The position numbers and the translations under genes were made by a program. A stretch of DNA of 64,000 nucleotides from a virus. Positions 1-7,699 of this stretch are shown piece by piece. Under the pieces are notes generated by a model that did no database searches, was not told the origin of the DNA, and saw only the letters and a list, made by a program, of their open reading frames with translations. The stretch lies in the IMG/VR virus record IMGVR_UViG_3300025872_000037, positions 64,088 through 128,087 of that record. One strand, written 5' to 3'. How positions within the stretch are numbered: the stretch's first letter is position 1; each line of letters starts with the position of its first letter.

Positions 1-72
1 AATTACTTGGTTGAAAAACGTTGCTCCCAGCTCATCGAGTGTGCGGAGGAATTTAACACCGTCTCGCTATGA
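1..72 (+). CDS. rnh: C-terminal end of probable T4-like RNase H (partial)
   Basis: Frame 1 reads NYLVEKRCSQLIECAEEFNTVSL*, resembling the T4 RNase H C-terminus. Overlaps the next ATG (ATGA). Confidence 0.5.
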   Translation, partial: NYLVEKRCSQLIECAEEFNTVSL

Positions 73-512
73 ATAAGTTTAAACCGACAGAGGTGTTCGA
101 GATTTTCGATCTTGTGCAGAAAGCCGAGACGAAAGAAGAACGCGTTGCCATCCTGAAGGAGAACAACTGTCTCGCAATCCGAGATGTTCTCCGTGCAGCC
201 TTTGACGACACAATCGTCTTCACCGTTCCCCCTGGCGCACCTCCGTTCAAGGAGACGCTGTCCACGGAAGGAAGGTCTCCGACCACTCTGATGAGATCCA
301 CGAAGGATTTCACGTACTTCGTGAAGCGTGGCAAAGGAGATGCTCTCAAGCAGACCAAGCGAGAGACTTTGTTTCTTCGTATGCTCGAGGGAATTCATCC
401 GCGTGACGCAGCGATTGTCATCGCGATGAAGGACAAGAAGCTGCAGGAACAATACCCTGCTATCAGCAAGGAACTCGTGAAGGCCGTCTGGCCTGACCTG
501 ATTTTATCTTGA
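69..512 (+). CDS. Conserved T4-like phage hypothetical protein
   Basis: 147 aa; KRETLFLRMLEGIHP-type motif recurrent in T4-like myophages next to RNase H. Confidence 0.7.
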   Translation: MNKFKPTEVFEIFDLVQKAETKEERVAILKENNCLAIRDVLRAAFDDTIVFTVPPGAPPFKETLSTEGRSPTTLMRSTKDFTYFVKRGKGDALKQTKRETLFLRMLEGIHPRDAAIVIAMKDKKLQEQYPAISKELVKAVWPDLILS

Positions 513-566
513 CGGCACAGTGTGCCCACTACATCATGGTTCACGCAAAACACAACAGCGAGATAC

Positions 567-749
567 ATGATCACAAACCAACTGGAAAGACTCAAGCAAG
601 ATTCAGTGGAACTCGATTACTTCATTCAGCGCCTCCAGAAGGAGGGCAATGAGAAGCGAGTGAAGGCCATACAGAACAAACAGAAATACCTTGAGGAATA
701 CATCCAGACAATGCAACAAGTGAATACCATGGCGGAGGTCGCCGCCTGA
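567..749 (+). CDS. Small coiled-coil hypothetical protein
   Basis: ORF 522-749; ATG at 567 (MITNQLERLKQ) is the more likely start. Confidence 0.55.
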   Translation: MITNQLERLKQDSVELDYFIQRLQKEGNEKRVKAIQNKQKYLEEYIQTMQQVNTMAEVAA

Positions 750-802
750 TCTTTGTGATTTACAGACCTGCACCGGCAGGTTAGATTGATTGTCCTTTCG
801 TT

Positions 803-1375
803 ATGAACATCTTTGTCTTAGATTCTTCACCCGTGCTTGCTGCACAACAGCAGTGTGACAAGCACGTGGTGAAGATGATCGTGGAATCAGCCCAGATGCT
901 GAGTACCGCTCACCGCCTGCTTGATGGTAAGATGCGATCCGTTGTCAGATCCAATATCGATACCGGCAAGACCCGTAAAGCCAAGATCTGGGAACTCACC
1001 GATAAAACTCTTGACTCCACACTGTACGGTGCGGTGCACATGGGTCATCCTTGCACCATCTGGACCATGGAATCCATGGCCAATTACCTGTGGCACTATG
1101 AGCACTTCTGTGCGCTGTGTGACGAGTACACCTACCGTTACGGCAAGAAGCACGGCACCGACGAGAAGCTCCGTTTCGTGCTAGACCAGGCTCCCTCTAA
1201 CATACCTGACATTCCTCAGACACCATTCCGCCTGGCGATGAAGTCAAATCCCGAGTGCATGAATGAGAACGATCCCGTGACTTCCTATCGTAAATTCTAC
1301 CAGACAAAGCAGGGTCGCTTCAAGATGGTCTGGACGAAGCGTAACCGCCCTGACTGGTTCACAGTTTCTGCCTAA
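803..1375 (+). CDS. Pyrimidine-dimer DNA glycosylase / endonuclease V-like protein
   Basis: MNIF-LD...CDKHVVKMIVESAQMLSTAH, HPCTIW, EYTYRYGK-H and YRKFY motifs. Confidence 0.8.
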   Translation: MNIFVLDSSPVLAAQQQCDKHVVKMIVESAQMLSTAHRLLDGKMRSVVRSNIDTGKTRKAKIWELTDKTLDSTLYGAVHMGHPCTIWTMESMANYLWHYEHFCALCDEYTYRYGKKHGTDEKLRFVLDQAPSNIPDIPQTPFRLAMKSNPECMNENDPVTSYRKFYQTKQGRFKMVWTKRNRPDWFTVSA

Positions 1376-1376
1376 T

Positions 1377-1628
1377 ATGCCTAACTATGATTTCACCTGC
1401 CAATCTTGTGGTCACGAATTCGAACAGATCGTTCCATTCGAGGATCGAGATTCACCACTGAAGTGCCCGAGCTGTGGCAAGAAGAAGGTATCTCGTGGGG
1501 TCTCCGCAGTCAAGATGTCTTATTCCAGCCTCAAGTCTAACGTCAGCCGAGCTGGGAGCGGTTGGAATGACGTCCTTAGAAAGGTGAAGAAAGGTTCAGG
1601 CAGATCCAATACTATCCGAACTCGCTAA
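1377..1628 (+). CDS. FmdB-family zinc-ribbon protein
   Basis: MPNYDFTCQSCGHEFE...CPSCG. Confidence 0.85.
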   Translation: MPNYDFTCQSCGHEFEQIVPFEDRDSPLKCPSCGKKKVSRGVSAVKMSYSSLKSNVSRAGSGWNDVLRKVKKGSGRSNTIRTR

Positions 1629-2371
1629 TGGCAAAATCAAAGAAACAGAAACAAGCTCAGCCACCAGTCTCTCTTCCGAAGTTTGACTCCCTCAAGGTCA
1701 TCGAACCTTTGACGAAGTCTCAGGAGAAAGTCTTCAAGGCATTCGAGAAGAACAATCACCTTTGCCTATCTGGTTGTGCCGGTACTGGAAAAACGTTTTT
1801 GGCCATGTACCTGGCGTTCCAGGAGATCATGAGTGGCAAGTCAAAGGCCGACAAGATCATCATCGTTCGTTCGATTGTTCCTACTCGTGACATTGGTTTC
1901 TTGCCGGGAGATCGTGCCGAGAAGGAGTCCACGTACTTGTATCCGTACATTGCGATCTGCGCCGAGCTATTCGGAGATCCGATGGCCTGGAACAAACTGG
2001 TCGCCAAGAAGCAGGTGGAGTTCCTGACCACATCCTTCGTGCGTGGTATCACTCTGAGGGATTCTATCGTCATCATCGATGAGATGCAGAACCTCACTTT
2101 CCATGAACTCGATTCCATCATCACCCGTCTGGGTGACGGTTGCCGCCTCATCATGTGCGGTGATTACTACCAGACAGATCTGGAGAAGAAGAACGACAAG
2201 AGTGGAATCCTGGAGTTCATGGAGATCATCGAGCAGATGAAGTATTTTTATTGCATCGAATTCGGCTGGCAGGACATCGTCCGTTCAGGCCTGGTTCGAG
2301 ATTACATCATGACGAAGGAGATCGTGCAGAAACAGAAATCAAAGCAACCACAAGGAAATGAAAAGAGGTAA
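1628..2371 (+). CDS. phoH: PhoH-family ATPase
   Basis: GCAGTGKT Walker A, IGFLPG, RGITL, IIDEMQN, GDYYQTDL, DIVRSGLV. Confidence 0.95.
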   Translation: MAKSKKQKQAQPPVSLPKFDSLKVIEPLTKSQEKVFKAFEKNNHLCLSGCAGTGKTFLAMYLAFQEIMSGKSKADKIIIVRSIVPTRDIGFLPGDRAEKESTYLYPYIAICAELFGDPMAWNKLVAKKQVEFLTTSFVRGITLRDSIVIIDEMQNLTFHELDSIITRLGDGCRLIMCGDYYQTDLEKKNDKSGILEFMEIIEQMKYFYCIEFGWQDIVRSGLVRDYIMTKEIVQKQKSKQPQGNEKR

Positions 2372-2552
2372 AGCCCGGGATAAGTACGCAGAGATGGATG
2401 AGTTCGAGCGTAAGGCTCGCAAGAACAAGAAGAGCCGTCGTTCTGACGAATCTGATCAATATGAATCTTCACATGGCAGAATTAATCCACATGACTTCCT
2501 CGATGAGGAAGAAGAGTTCTACAGCGAACTCGAGAGGTTAGATCGTAACTGA
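2358..2552 (+). CDS. Small charged hypothetical protein
   Basis: 64 aa, overlaps both neighbours in the operon. Confidence 0.55.
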   Translation: MKRGKARDKYAEMDEFERKARKNKKSRRSDESDQYESSHGRINPHDFLDEEEEFYSELERLDRN

Positions 2553-3223
2553 TGCCATTCATACACCAGAGAGTTGACATCGGATACGCCGATCTCCCCT
2601 GCGAAACGGGGGAGAAGGGGCGTAACTATGTCACTCCCCAGGGAAAGAAGTACCCATCGATCACCACGGTCTTGTCGATCCTTTCAAGGCAAAAGATTCT
2701 GGAGTGGAGAAAACGAGTGGGTGAAGAGGAGGCCAATGCCATATCCCGTGCTGCGGCCGGGCGTGGGACAAGCGTCCATACTCTGGTCGAGAAATATCTC
2801 AACAATGAGGTGATGGACGAATCTGCTATGCCAAATGCCAAGGCGGCCTTTCGGTCTCTGCAACCGATCCTCGACGCTCATGTCGGCAAGATCTTCATAC
2901 AGGAAGCACCTCTGTACTCAGATCACCTGCAGGTTGCCGGCAGATGTGACCTCGTCGCTGAGTTTGATGGCAAGATCTCCATCGTGGACATCAAGACCTC
3001 AAAGCGAGTCAAGGATGCCAGTGAGATCTCATCTTACTTCATGCAGGAGGCCGCCTATGCCATCATGTTCGAGGAACGAACCGGGATCCCAGTGACCAAC
3101 CTCGTAACCGTCATGTCGGTCGATTTCGCAGATCCGATCATCTTCAGAGAGAAGAGAGACAACTGGACAAAATCACTTAGAGAAACCATCGCAAAATATC
3201 AGTCAGAACAGATACATACTTGA
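2552..3223 (+). CDS. PD-(D/E)XK exonuclease, T4-like myophage type
   Basis: YPSITTVL, RGTSVH, AGRCD, IVDIKTS, YFMQEAAYA. Confidence 0.85.
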   Translation: MPFIHQRVDIGYADLPCETGEKGRNYVTPQGKKYPSITTVLSILSRQKILEWRKRVGEEEANAISRAAAGRGTSVHTLVEKYLNNEVMDESAMPNAKAAFRSLQPILDAHVGKIFIQEAPLYSDHLQVAGRCDLVAEFDGKISIVDIKTSKRVKDASEISSYFMQEAAYAIMFEERTGIPVTNLVTVMSVDFADPIIFREKRDNWTKSLRETIAKYQSEQIHT

Positions 3224-3847
3224 ATGAACCACAAACCTTTGTTATCAAGCCCGATCGCCGAGATGCTGGGTGTCGACAAGAAGAATCAGGCCGCCTTTAC
3301 CGATAAGGCACTCGCCCATCTTCACGAGTACTACATCACTGGCACCATCGAGGAGGCCAACAAGTACACCGAATGGTTCAACCAGATCCGGCACGCCCCG
3401 CCGACTGACATCATCAAGCTTTACATCAACTCAGAGGGTGGTAGCCTCTGGACGGCGATTCAGTTCATGCGAGTCATCCGAGAGTGCAAGGCTCCGGTAG
3501 TTGCTTCGGTTGAAGGCGCTTGCATGAGTGCGGCCACGATCATCTTCCTGATGTCTGATACCTACGAGATCTCTCCACACTCGATGTTCATGTTCCACAA
3601 CTATTCAGGTGGCACCATCGGAAAGGGTGGCGAGATGATCGACCAGATCAAGCACGAGCGAGTCTGGTCCGAGAAGCTTCTCTTCGAGATCTACCAGAAC
3701 TTTTTGACGGATGCCGAGATACGAGCGATCCTGGAGAACAAGGACATCTGGATGACCGCGGAGGAAGTTGTTTCACGATTGAACAAGAAGGCCAAGATTC
3801 TGGCCAAGAAGAAGATCAAGAGTACCAAGGGGTTGGATACCAACTAG
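3224..3847 (+). CDS. clpP: ClpP-like serine protease subunit
   Basis: LYINSEGG, ACMSAA (catalytic Ser), FMFHN (His), DIWMTAEE. Confidence 0.85.
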   Translation: MNHKPLLSSPIAEMLGVDKKNQAAFTDKALAHLHEYYITGTIEEANKYTEWFNQIRHAPPTDIIKLYINSEGGSLWTAIQFMRVIRECKAPVVASVEGACMSAATIIFLMSDTYEISPHSMFMFHNYSGGTIGKGGEMIDQIKHERVWSEKLLFEIYQNFLTDAEIRAILENKDIWMTAEEVVSRLNKKAKILAKKKIKSTKGLDTN

Positions 3848-3890
3848 TTAGGTCACCGTTGGGTATCAACGGCTTAGGTAATTCTTAGTT

Positions 3891-3919
3891 GTTTACGTTT
3901 GCGCAGCATGTGCTAGTAT
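3891..3919 (+). promoter_or_regulatory. T4-early-type promoter giving a leaderless transcript
   Basis: GTTTAC-N17-TAGTAT with TGn extension; ATG 6 nt after the -10; dyad motifs at 3826-3876. Confidence 0.75.
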
Positions 3920-3925
3920 GCTGCC

Positions 3926-4165
3926 ATGATGAATAACAACACGACTACTGTTCTTGATGCGGTCTTCGATCTCGAGCGCGATGCTCGCAAGGCCGCTGAC
4001 CACTACGCTTTCCGGGTAGGTTACCTCGAGGCTCAGCTGAAGTACACGATTTCTTCCGGTGAGGCCAAAGGCATCAAGATCACCAATCTCGAGGCTTACG
4101 TCAAGTGGGCCAATGAGCTGATCGCTCAATCCCTCAAGGATGCCAACCGGTTGGCTCCTCGTTGA
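3926..4165 (+). CDS. Small early hypothetical protein
   Basis: Leaderless ORF directly behind the promoter. Confidence 0.7.
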   Translation: MMNNNTTTVLDAVFDLERDARKAADHYAFRVGYLEAQLKYTISSGEAKGIKITNLEAYVKWANELIAQSLKDANRLAPR

Positions 4166-4191
4166 ATCAACGGCTTAGGTAGTTCTTCGTT

Positions 4192-4220
4192 GTTTACTCT
4201 CTGAACGTTTTTGCTAGTAT
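4192..4220 (+). promoter_or_regulatory. T4-early-type promoter giving a leaderless transcript
   Basis: GTTTAC-N17-TAGTAT; ATG at 4227; CAACGGCTTA at 4168-4177. Confidence 0.75.
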
Positions 4221-4226
4221 TTCCTC

Positions 4227-4424
4227 ATGAAACAAGAATTCGTCTCTGTTCACCTCACCGAATCCGCTGGCGACATGGCTCGTCTGGATGACGTGTACCG
4301 TACCATCACGGCGGTCAACCGTCTCCTCGGTACCAACCTCTCGGTTCGTATCGAGTTCACCGACGGCATCAATGTTGTCTCCCCCGATTCGGCCAAGTAT
4401 GCTGAGGCCCTTGTGACCAACTAA
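4227..4424 (+). CDS. Small early hypothetical protein
   Basis: 65-aa leaderless ORF. Confidence 0.65.
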   Translation: MKQEFVSVHLTESAGDMARLDDVYRTITAVNRLLGTNLSVRIEFTDGINVVSPDSAKYAEALVTN

Positions 4425-4428
4425 TCCT

Positions 4429-4629
4429 ATGGAAAATACTCCCCACTTCAGTTCTCCGAGCCATATCGTGTCAGAAAAGTATCACGAGGGCATCAACCTC
4501 CTGATCGCCGATCTCCTTGAGACGGCCGACGAGTTTGGCATCGATCGCAAGAACATCCCGACCGACTTCGTCCAGAATTACCTGGACTCAGTTGCCGAGG
4601 ACATCTTCGACACCATCGACCACAGCTAA
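4429..4629 (+). CDS. Small acidic hypothetical protein
   Basis: 66 aa, operonic spacing. Confidence 0.6.
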   Translation: MENTPHFSSPSHIVSEKYHEGINLLIADLLETADEFGIDRKNIPTDFVQNYLDSVAEDIFDTIDHS

Positions 4630-4630
4630 C

Positions 4631-4858
4631 GTGTATACCCACAACGCCACCACCGCCCGACTCATTGCGGCAGGCATCTTGCCTGATCCCAACTTCGTTC
4701 CTCGCGAGACCAAGGTCAACCGGTTTGGCGTGATGATCTGGGACCACAAGACCGCCGGGCATTGTCAGGTCCTCTCCGGCGAGAGCTGGAAGCAGGCCCG
4801 CAAGTACAACGTCCCCCGCAAGGGTTTCAGCTCGGTCGTCAAGTCGATCACCGGTTAA
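4631..4858 (+). CDS. Hypothetical protein
   Basis: GTG start 2 nt after the previous stop, in frame with ORF 4517-4858. Confidence 0.55.
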   Translation: MYTHNATTARLIAAGILPDPNFVPRETKVNRFGVMIWDHKTAGHCQVLSGESWKQARKYNVPRKGFSSVVKSITG

Positions 4859-4864
4859 TCCGTT

Positions 4865-4940
4865 GGTCGCGTAGCCCAACGGCAGAGGCAGGAGACTTAA
4901 AATCTCTTCAGTGTGGGTTCGAATCCCACCGCGACTACCA
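4865..4940 (+). tRNA. tRNA-Leu(UAA), short variable loop
   Basis: GGTCGCG/CGCGACT acceptor, GGAGA-CTTAAAA-TCTCT, TTCGAAT T-loop, encoded CCA. Confidence 0.85.
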
Positions 4941-4945
4941 TCACC

Positions 4946-5596
4946 ATGGTACCTGTAGATCCATCAGAGAAGACAACTCTCGTACTCAACCGAAACTACC
5001 AGTCAAGCGGTAGGTTCTTCACCGCGCGCGCCGCCATTCGTCACATGATGAATGGCCGAGTCAAGGGGCTTGATGCCGTGGGTAACTGCGCATCCTGGAA
5101 CGGTGACGAGGTGACAGAGGTCGAGGGCTACTCGAATAGCCTGAGCTGGGCGGATCTGACGGTTGAACTGTACCATGACCAGCCTTGCCTTCGGTCAGCA
5201 CCTAACGTCGTGACCGGAGAGGAGACTCAGTGGCCGGTGCCGACCATCGTGGTCTGTACCCATCATTTCGGTTATCATGCCAGGTTAGGCCAGAACGTGT
5301 CCCTGAAGACCATCTATGGCCTTTACAAGGGAGTCTGCCAGTACTGTCTTCAGAAAGTTCCTTTCTCAGCATCCACCAAGGACCATGTCTATCCAAAGTC
5401 CATGGGTGGTACAAATGACCAGCAGAACATTGTGCTGGCATGCCGGTCCTGCAATTCGGCCAAGGACAACTCGTACCCTTACCTAAACGTCAATGGTGAA
5501 GAGGTCAGACCGAGGTCAGCCCACCATTTCCTCAGTATGATCCCTGATGGGATGCAGATGCGAGAGGAATGGAAACAATTTTTGTTCGTTCACTAA
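4946..5596 (+). CDS. HNH endonuclease (McrA-like)
   Basis: TLVLNRNY N-terminus, CQYC, TKDHVYPKSMGG, NIVLACRSCNSAK. ATG at 4946 just after the tRNA CCA. Confidence 0.85.
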   Translation: MVPVDPSEKTTLVLNRNYQSSGRFFTARAAIRHMMNGRVKGLDAVGNCASWNGDEVTEVEGYSNSLSWADLTVELYHDQPCLRSAPNVVTGEETQWPVPTIVVCTHHFGYHARLGQNVSLKTIYGLYKGVCQYCLQKVPFSASTKDHVYPKSMGGTNDQQNIVLACRSCNSAKDNSYPYLNVNGEEVRPRSAHHFLSMIPDGMQMREEWKQFLFVH

Positions 5597-5633
5597 TCTT
5601 TTTTGTTTACAACGGTCAGAAAACATGATTGAG

Positions 5634-5641
5634 TATAAATA
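5634..5641 (+). promoter_or_regulatory. T4 late promoter heading the RNA island
   Basis: TATAAATA. Confidence 0.65.
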
Positions 5642-5649
5642 ATCAAATC

Positions 5650-5757
5650 TTGAAAAGCTTCAAACAAACCACAGACTCAAATACGTCAATCCGACCAACA
5701 ATCGGATGGGCACCTGTCTGTGGCCGCAATGAAGCCGCATTCGGGGGTTCGAAATAG
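5650..5757 (+). CDS. Putative attenuator leader peptide (35 aa)
   Basis: TTG start, MKSFKQTTDSNTSIRPTIGWAPVCGRNEAAFGGSK*; the stop lies within the 5' arm of an antiterminator hairpin. Confidence 0.55.
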   Translation: MKSFKQTTDSNTSIRPTIGWAPVCGRNEAAFGGSK

Positions 5758-5783
5758 AGATCACAATTTAGATCTCTTCTTCG

Positions 5784-5818
5784 AACCTCTGAACCAAAAG
5801 TTCAGAGGTTTTTAGTTT
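5784..5818 (+). terminator. Intrinsic terminator, mutually exclusive with antiterminator 5744-5789
   Basis: AACCTCTGAAC-CAAAA-GTTCAGAGGTT followed by TTTAGTTT. Confidence 0.85.
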
Positions 5819-5929
5819 CACCGCCAGACTCCGGCTTCAAGGAGTCCAAACGACCGACATAGGGGGATCCAATCCGCGCCCTGAAAGCGCGATAGGGACC
5901 GAAGCAATTCGTTCTTTTTAGATAAAACC

Positions 5930-5967
5930 GAGCGGCCCCGGACGCTCATTAAAATAATTCGCCGGGC
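5930..5967 (+). ncRNA. Small H-type pseudoknot RNA, unknown family
   Basis: GAGCG/CGCTC stem; loop CCCGG pairs with CCGGG after an A-rich linker. Confidence 0.45.
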
Positions 5968-5972
5968 TTCTT

Positions 5973-6035
5973 TCCTGCCTGCACTGAAGTACGGGTTCAT
6001 TCCGAGAAGCAGAAATGCTCTAGGTGCAGGTGGGA
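5973..6035 (+). ncRNA. Small multi-stem RNA, unknown family
   Basis: Closing stem TCCTGCCTGCAC/GTGCAGGTGGGA with an internal GCA-GAAA-TGC hairpin. Confidence 0.45.
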
Positions 6036-6042
6036 CTATTTT

Positions 6043-6107
6043 GCGGCCAGTTTCGACTGGCAGGTGCAACCGCAGTAACGGGTTCTGCGCAAACAAAAAC
6101 CCGGCCA
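6043..6107 (+). ncRNA. UUCG hairpin plus pseudoknot RNA, unknown family
   Basis: GCCAGT-TTCG-ACTGGC; CGCAG/CTGCG stem whose loop CGGGTT pairs with AACCCG. Confidence 0.45.
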
Positions 6108-6109
6108 AT

Positions 6110-6267
6110 TTCCCGAAGCACGATTCGGACTCACAGATAGGTTGAAGATGGCAATGTAGCTTTGCCACCGATCTCACTGTCATCCTCATAACCCACACCG
6201 CGGGGCTACACGGTGTGGTGTCTTACTGAGGTGACTGAGCTCGGCCTCGTAAAGCTGTGAGCGGGAA
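6110..6267 (+). ncRNA. Multibranch RNA with kissing loops, unknown family
   Basis: TTCCCG/CGGGAA and CTCACAG/CTGTGAG closing stems; loops TGTAGC (6155) and GCTACA (6205) are complementary. Confidence 0.5.
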
Positions 6268-6275
6268 TTCATTTT

Positions 6276-6350
6276 GCCCTTGTAGCTCAGTGGTAGAGCG
6301 CCAGTTTTGTAAACTGGATGTCGTCGGTTCAAGCCCGACCGGGGGCTCCA
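6276..6350 (+). tRNA. tRNA-Thr(UGU)
   Basis: CCAGT-TTTGTAA-ACTGG anticodon arm, cloverleaf, CCA. Confidence 0.95.
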
Positions 6351-6436
6351 TTTTCGTCCGCTTGTCTAGCGGGTTCGACGCGGTCGGTGCGATACGGTCC
6401 GCGATACCAAAAGCCTTAACCGTGTCGCCAATTTAT

Positions 6437-6564
6437 CTCCGAGAGAGGGTGAGTGAACACCTCCGTTAGCGGTAGAACTTCAATGATGCTAACGGGTATG
6501 AGCCACACGAAGTAGAGAATTGAAGCTCGAACGTGTTATAGCAGCTTAATCAGCTGCCTCGGAG
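6437..6564 (+). ncRNA. Five-way junction RNA with kissing loops, unknown family
   Basis: CTCCGAG/CTCGGAG closes four hairpins; loops CTTCAAT (6478) and ATTGAAG (6519) are complementary. Confidence 0.55.
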
Positions 6565-6571
6565 TCCCTTT

Positions 6572-6646
6572 GAGTGTGTAGTGTAACGGTCAGCACCGGC
6601 TAGCCTGCGGGCCCTGTGAGTGCGGGTTCGACTCCCGTCACACTCA
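6572..6646 (+). tRNA. tRNA-like element with non-canonical anticodon arm (pseudo-tRNA)
   Basis: Intact acceptor GAGTGTG/CACACTC, D-arm and GGTTCGACTCC T-arm; no 7-nt anticodon loop with U33; no CCA. Confidence 0.6.
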
Positions 6647-6658
6647 ATTCATTTCTGC

Positions 6659-6735
6659 GCGCCAGTGTCGTTGAACGGTTAAACAGCTGTCTGCAAAGCA
6701 GCAAAATGCAGGTTCGATTCCTGTCTGGCGCTCCA
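6659..6735 (+). tRNA. tRNA-Cys(GCA)
   Basis: GCTGT-CTGCAAA-GCAGC, U73 discriminator, CCA; D-arm irregular. Confidence 0.85.
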
Positions 6736-6741
6736 ATTTAC

Positions 6742-6833
6742 GGAAGAGTGGCTGAGTGGGTTAAGGCAACGGTCTTGAAAACCGTCGTGGCGTATAGTCG
6801 TCACCGTGAGTTCGAATCTCACCTCTTCCGCCA
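6742..6833 (+). tRNA. tRNA-Ser(UGA)
   Basis: ACGGT-CTTGAAA-ACCGT, long variable arm, GCCA end. Confidence 0.95.
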
Positions 6834-6982
6834 TTTTATAGAGAGTTAAGGGCACTGCTACCGGACGATCGCGGTAGGTTCACGTAGCTTAATAAGCACA
6901 CATAGCTAAACACTCTCTTCTTTTTAGCCTCCACTTGAGGGTGAACCACAGAGCTGGGGTAGATGAATCCAGCAGGCTATTT

Positions 6983-7066
6983 GCACTAGTGATGGAACGG
7001 CAGACATGAAAGTCTTAGAAGCTTTTGCCGCGAGGCGTACAGGTTCAAGTCCTGTCTAGTGCACCA
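6983..7066 (+). tRNA. tRNA-Leu(UAG)
   Basis: AAAGT-CTTAGAA-GCTTT, long variable arm, ACCA end. Confidence 0.95.
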
Positions 7067-7075
7067 ACAATTTTA

Positions 7076-7151
7076 GGGCCATTAGCTCATTTGGCAGAGC
7101 GCCTGATTTGCATTCAGGAGGTGAGCGGTTCGACCCCGCTATGGTCCACCA
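7076..7151 (+). tRNA. tRNA-Ala(UGC)
   Basis: CCTGA-TTTGCAT-TCAGG; G3:U70 pair. Confidence 0.95.
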
Positions 7152-7154
7152 CTT

Positions 7155-7264
7155 TGGTGTAGGGTTAAGACGGTTCGAATCCGTCGTCGCCTTTGGATCG
7201 GCGCTAGTAAACCGTTTTGGACAAGGCGAGCGCTCGCTGATAAGGTTCGAACCCTTACACACCA
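7155..7264 (+). ncRNA. tRNA-like RNA with two T-arms
   Basis: GACGG-TTCGAAT-CCGTC and TAAGG-TTCGAAC-CCTTA within a TGGTGT/ACACCA closing stem. Confidence 0.55.
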
Positions 7265-7349
7265 ATCTATTCCTGCTGGGGCTCTGATCAGAGCGCGCAT
7301 AACGAGGAGCATCACCTCGAGAGTCCACGAACAGCAGGATTCAATTTAT

Positions 7350-7420
7350 GCCGGCACGGTCAATCGCGAGACTGGTTAAAATCAGACGAGAGTGTACTGA
7401 TACCGAAAATGCCGGCACCA
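7350..7420 (+). ncRNA. Acceptor-stem/CCA minihelix-like RNA
   Basis: GCCGGCA/TGCCGGC 7-bp stem plus ACCA; no D or T arms. Confidence 0.5.
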
Positions 7421-7428
7421 ATTTCTAC

Positions 7429-7503
7429 ACGGACGTGGTACATTAGTAGTGCAGCAGTCTCCAAAACTGCCTTATGGGGGTGCGATTCCCTCCGTCCGTG
7501 CCA
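7429..7503 (+). tRNA. tRNA-Trp(CCA)
   Basis: GCAGT-CTCCAAA-ACTGC, G73, CCA; T-loop TGCGATT is atypical. Confidence 0.85.
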
Positions 7504-7509
7504 TTTTAC

Positions 7510-7586
7510 GGGGTGGTAGCTCAGCTGGTTAGAGCGTCTGCCTGTCACGCAGAAGGTCGCGGGATCGAGGCCCGTCCATCCCGCCA
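7510..7586 (+). tRNA. tRNA-Asp(GUC)
   Basis: TCTGC-CTGTCAC-GCAGA, GCCA end. Confidence 0.9.
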
Positions 7587-7591
7587 TTTTT

Positions 7592-7666
7592 GCCGCCATC
7601 GTCTAACGGTCAGGACAGCGGGTTTTCATCTCGCTAATCGGGGTTCGATTCCCCGTGGTGGTACCA
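7592..7666 (+). tRNA. tRNA-Glu(UUC)
   Basis: GCGGG-TTTTCAT-CTCGC, CCA. Confidence 0.9.
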
Positions 7667-7699
7667 TTTTTACGTATGTTATAAATAGGTCATAAGTTT

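Noticed and set aside
2552-3223. Exonuclease as Cas4 of a CRISPR system
   Set aside because: No four-Cys cluster, no other cas genes and no array; it is a common T4-like exonuclease.
5973-6107. Possible hammerhead or pistol ribozymes
   Set aside because: CTGAAGTA does not fit the CUGANGA core, and the pistol-like CAGGTGCAA lacks the correct pseudoknot order. Kept only as unknown RNAs.
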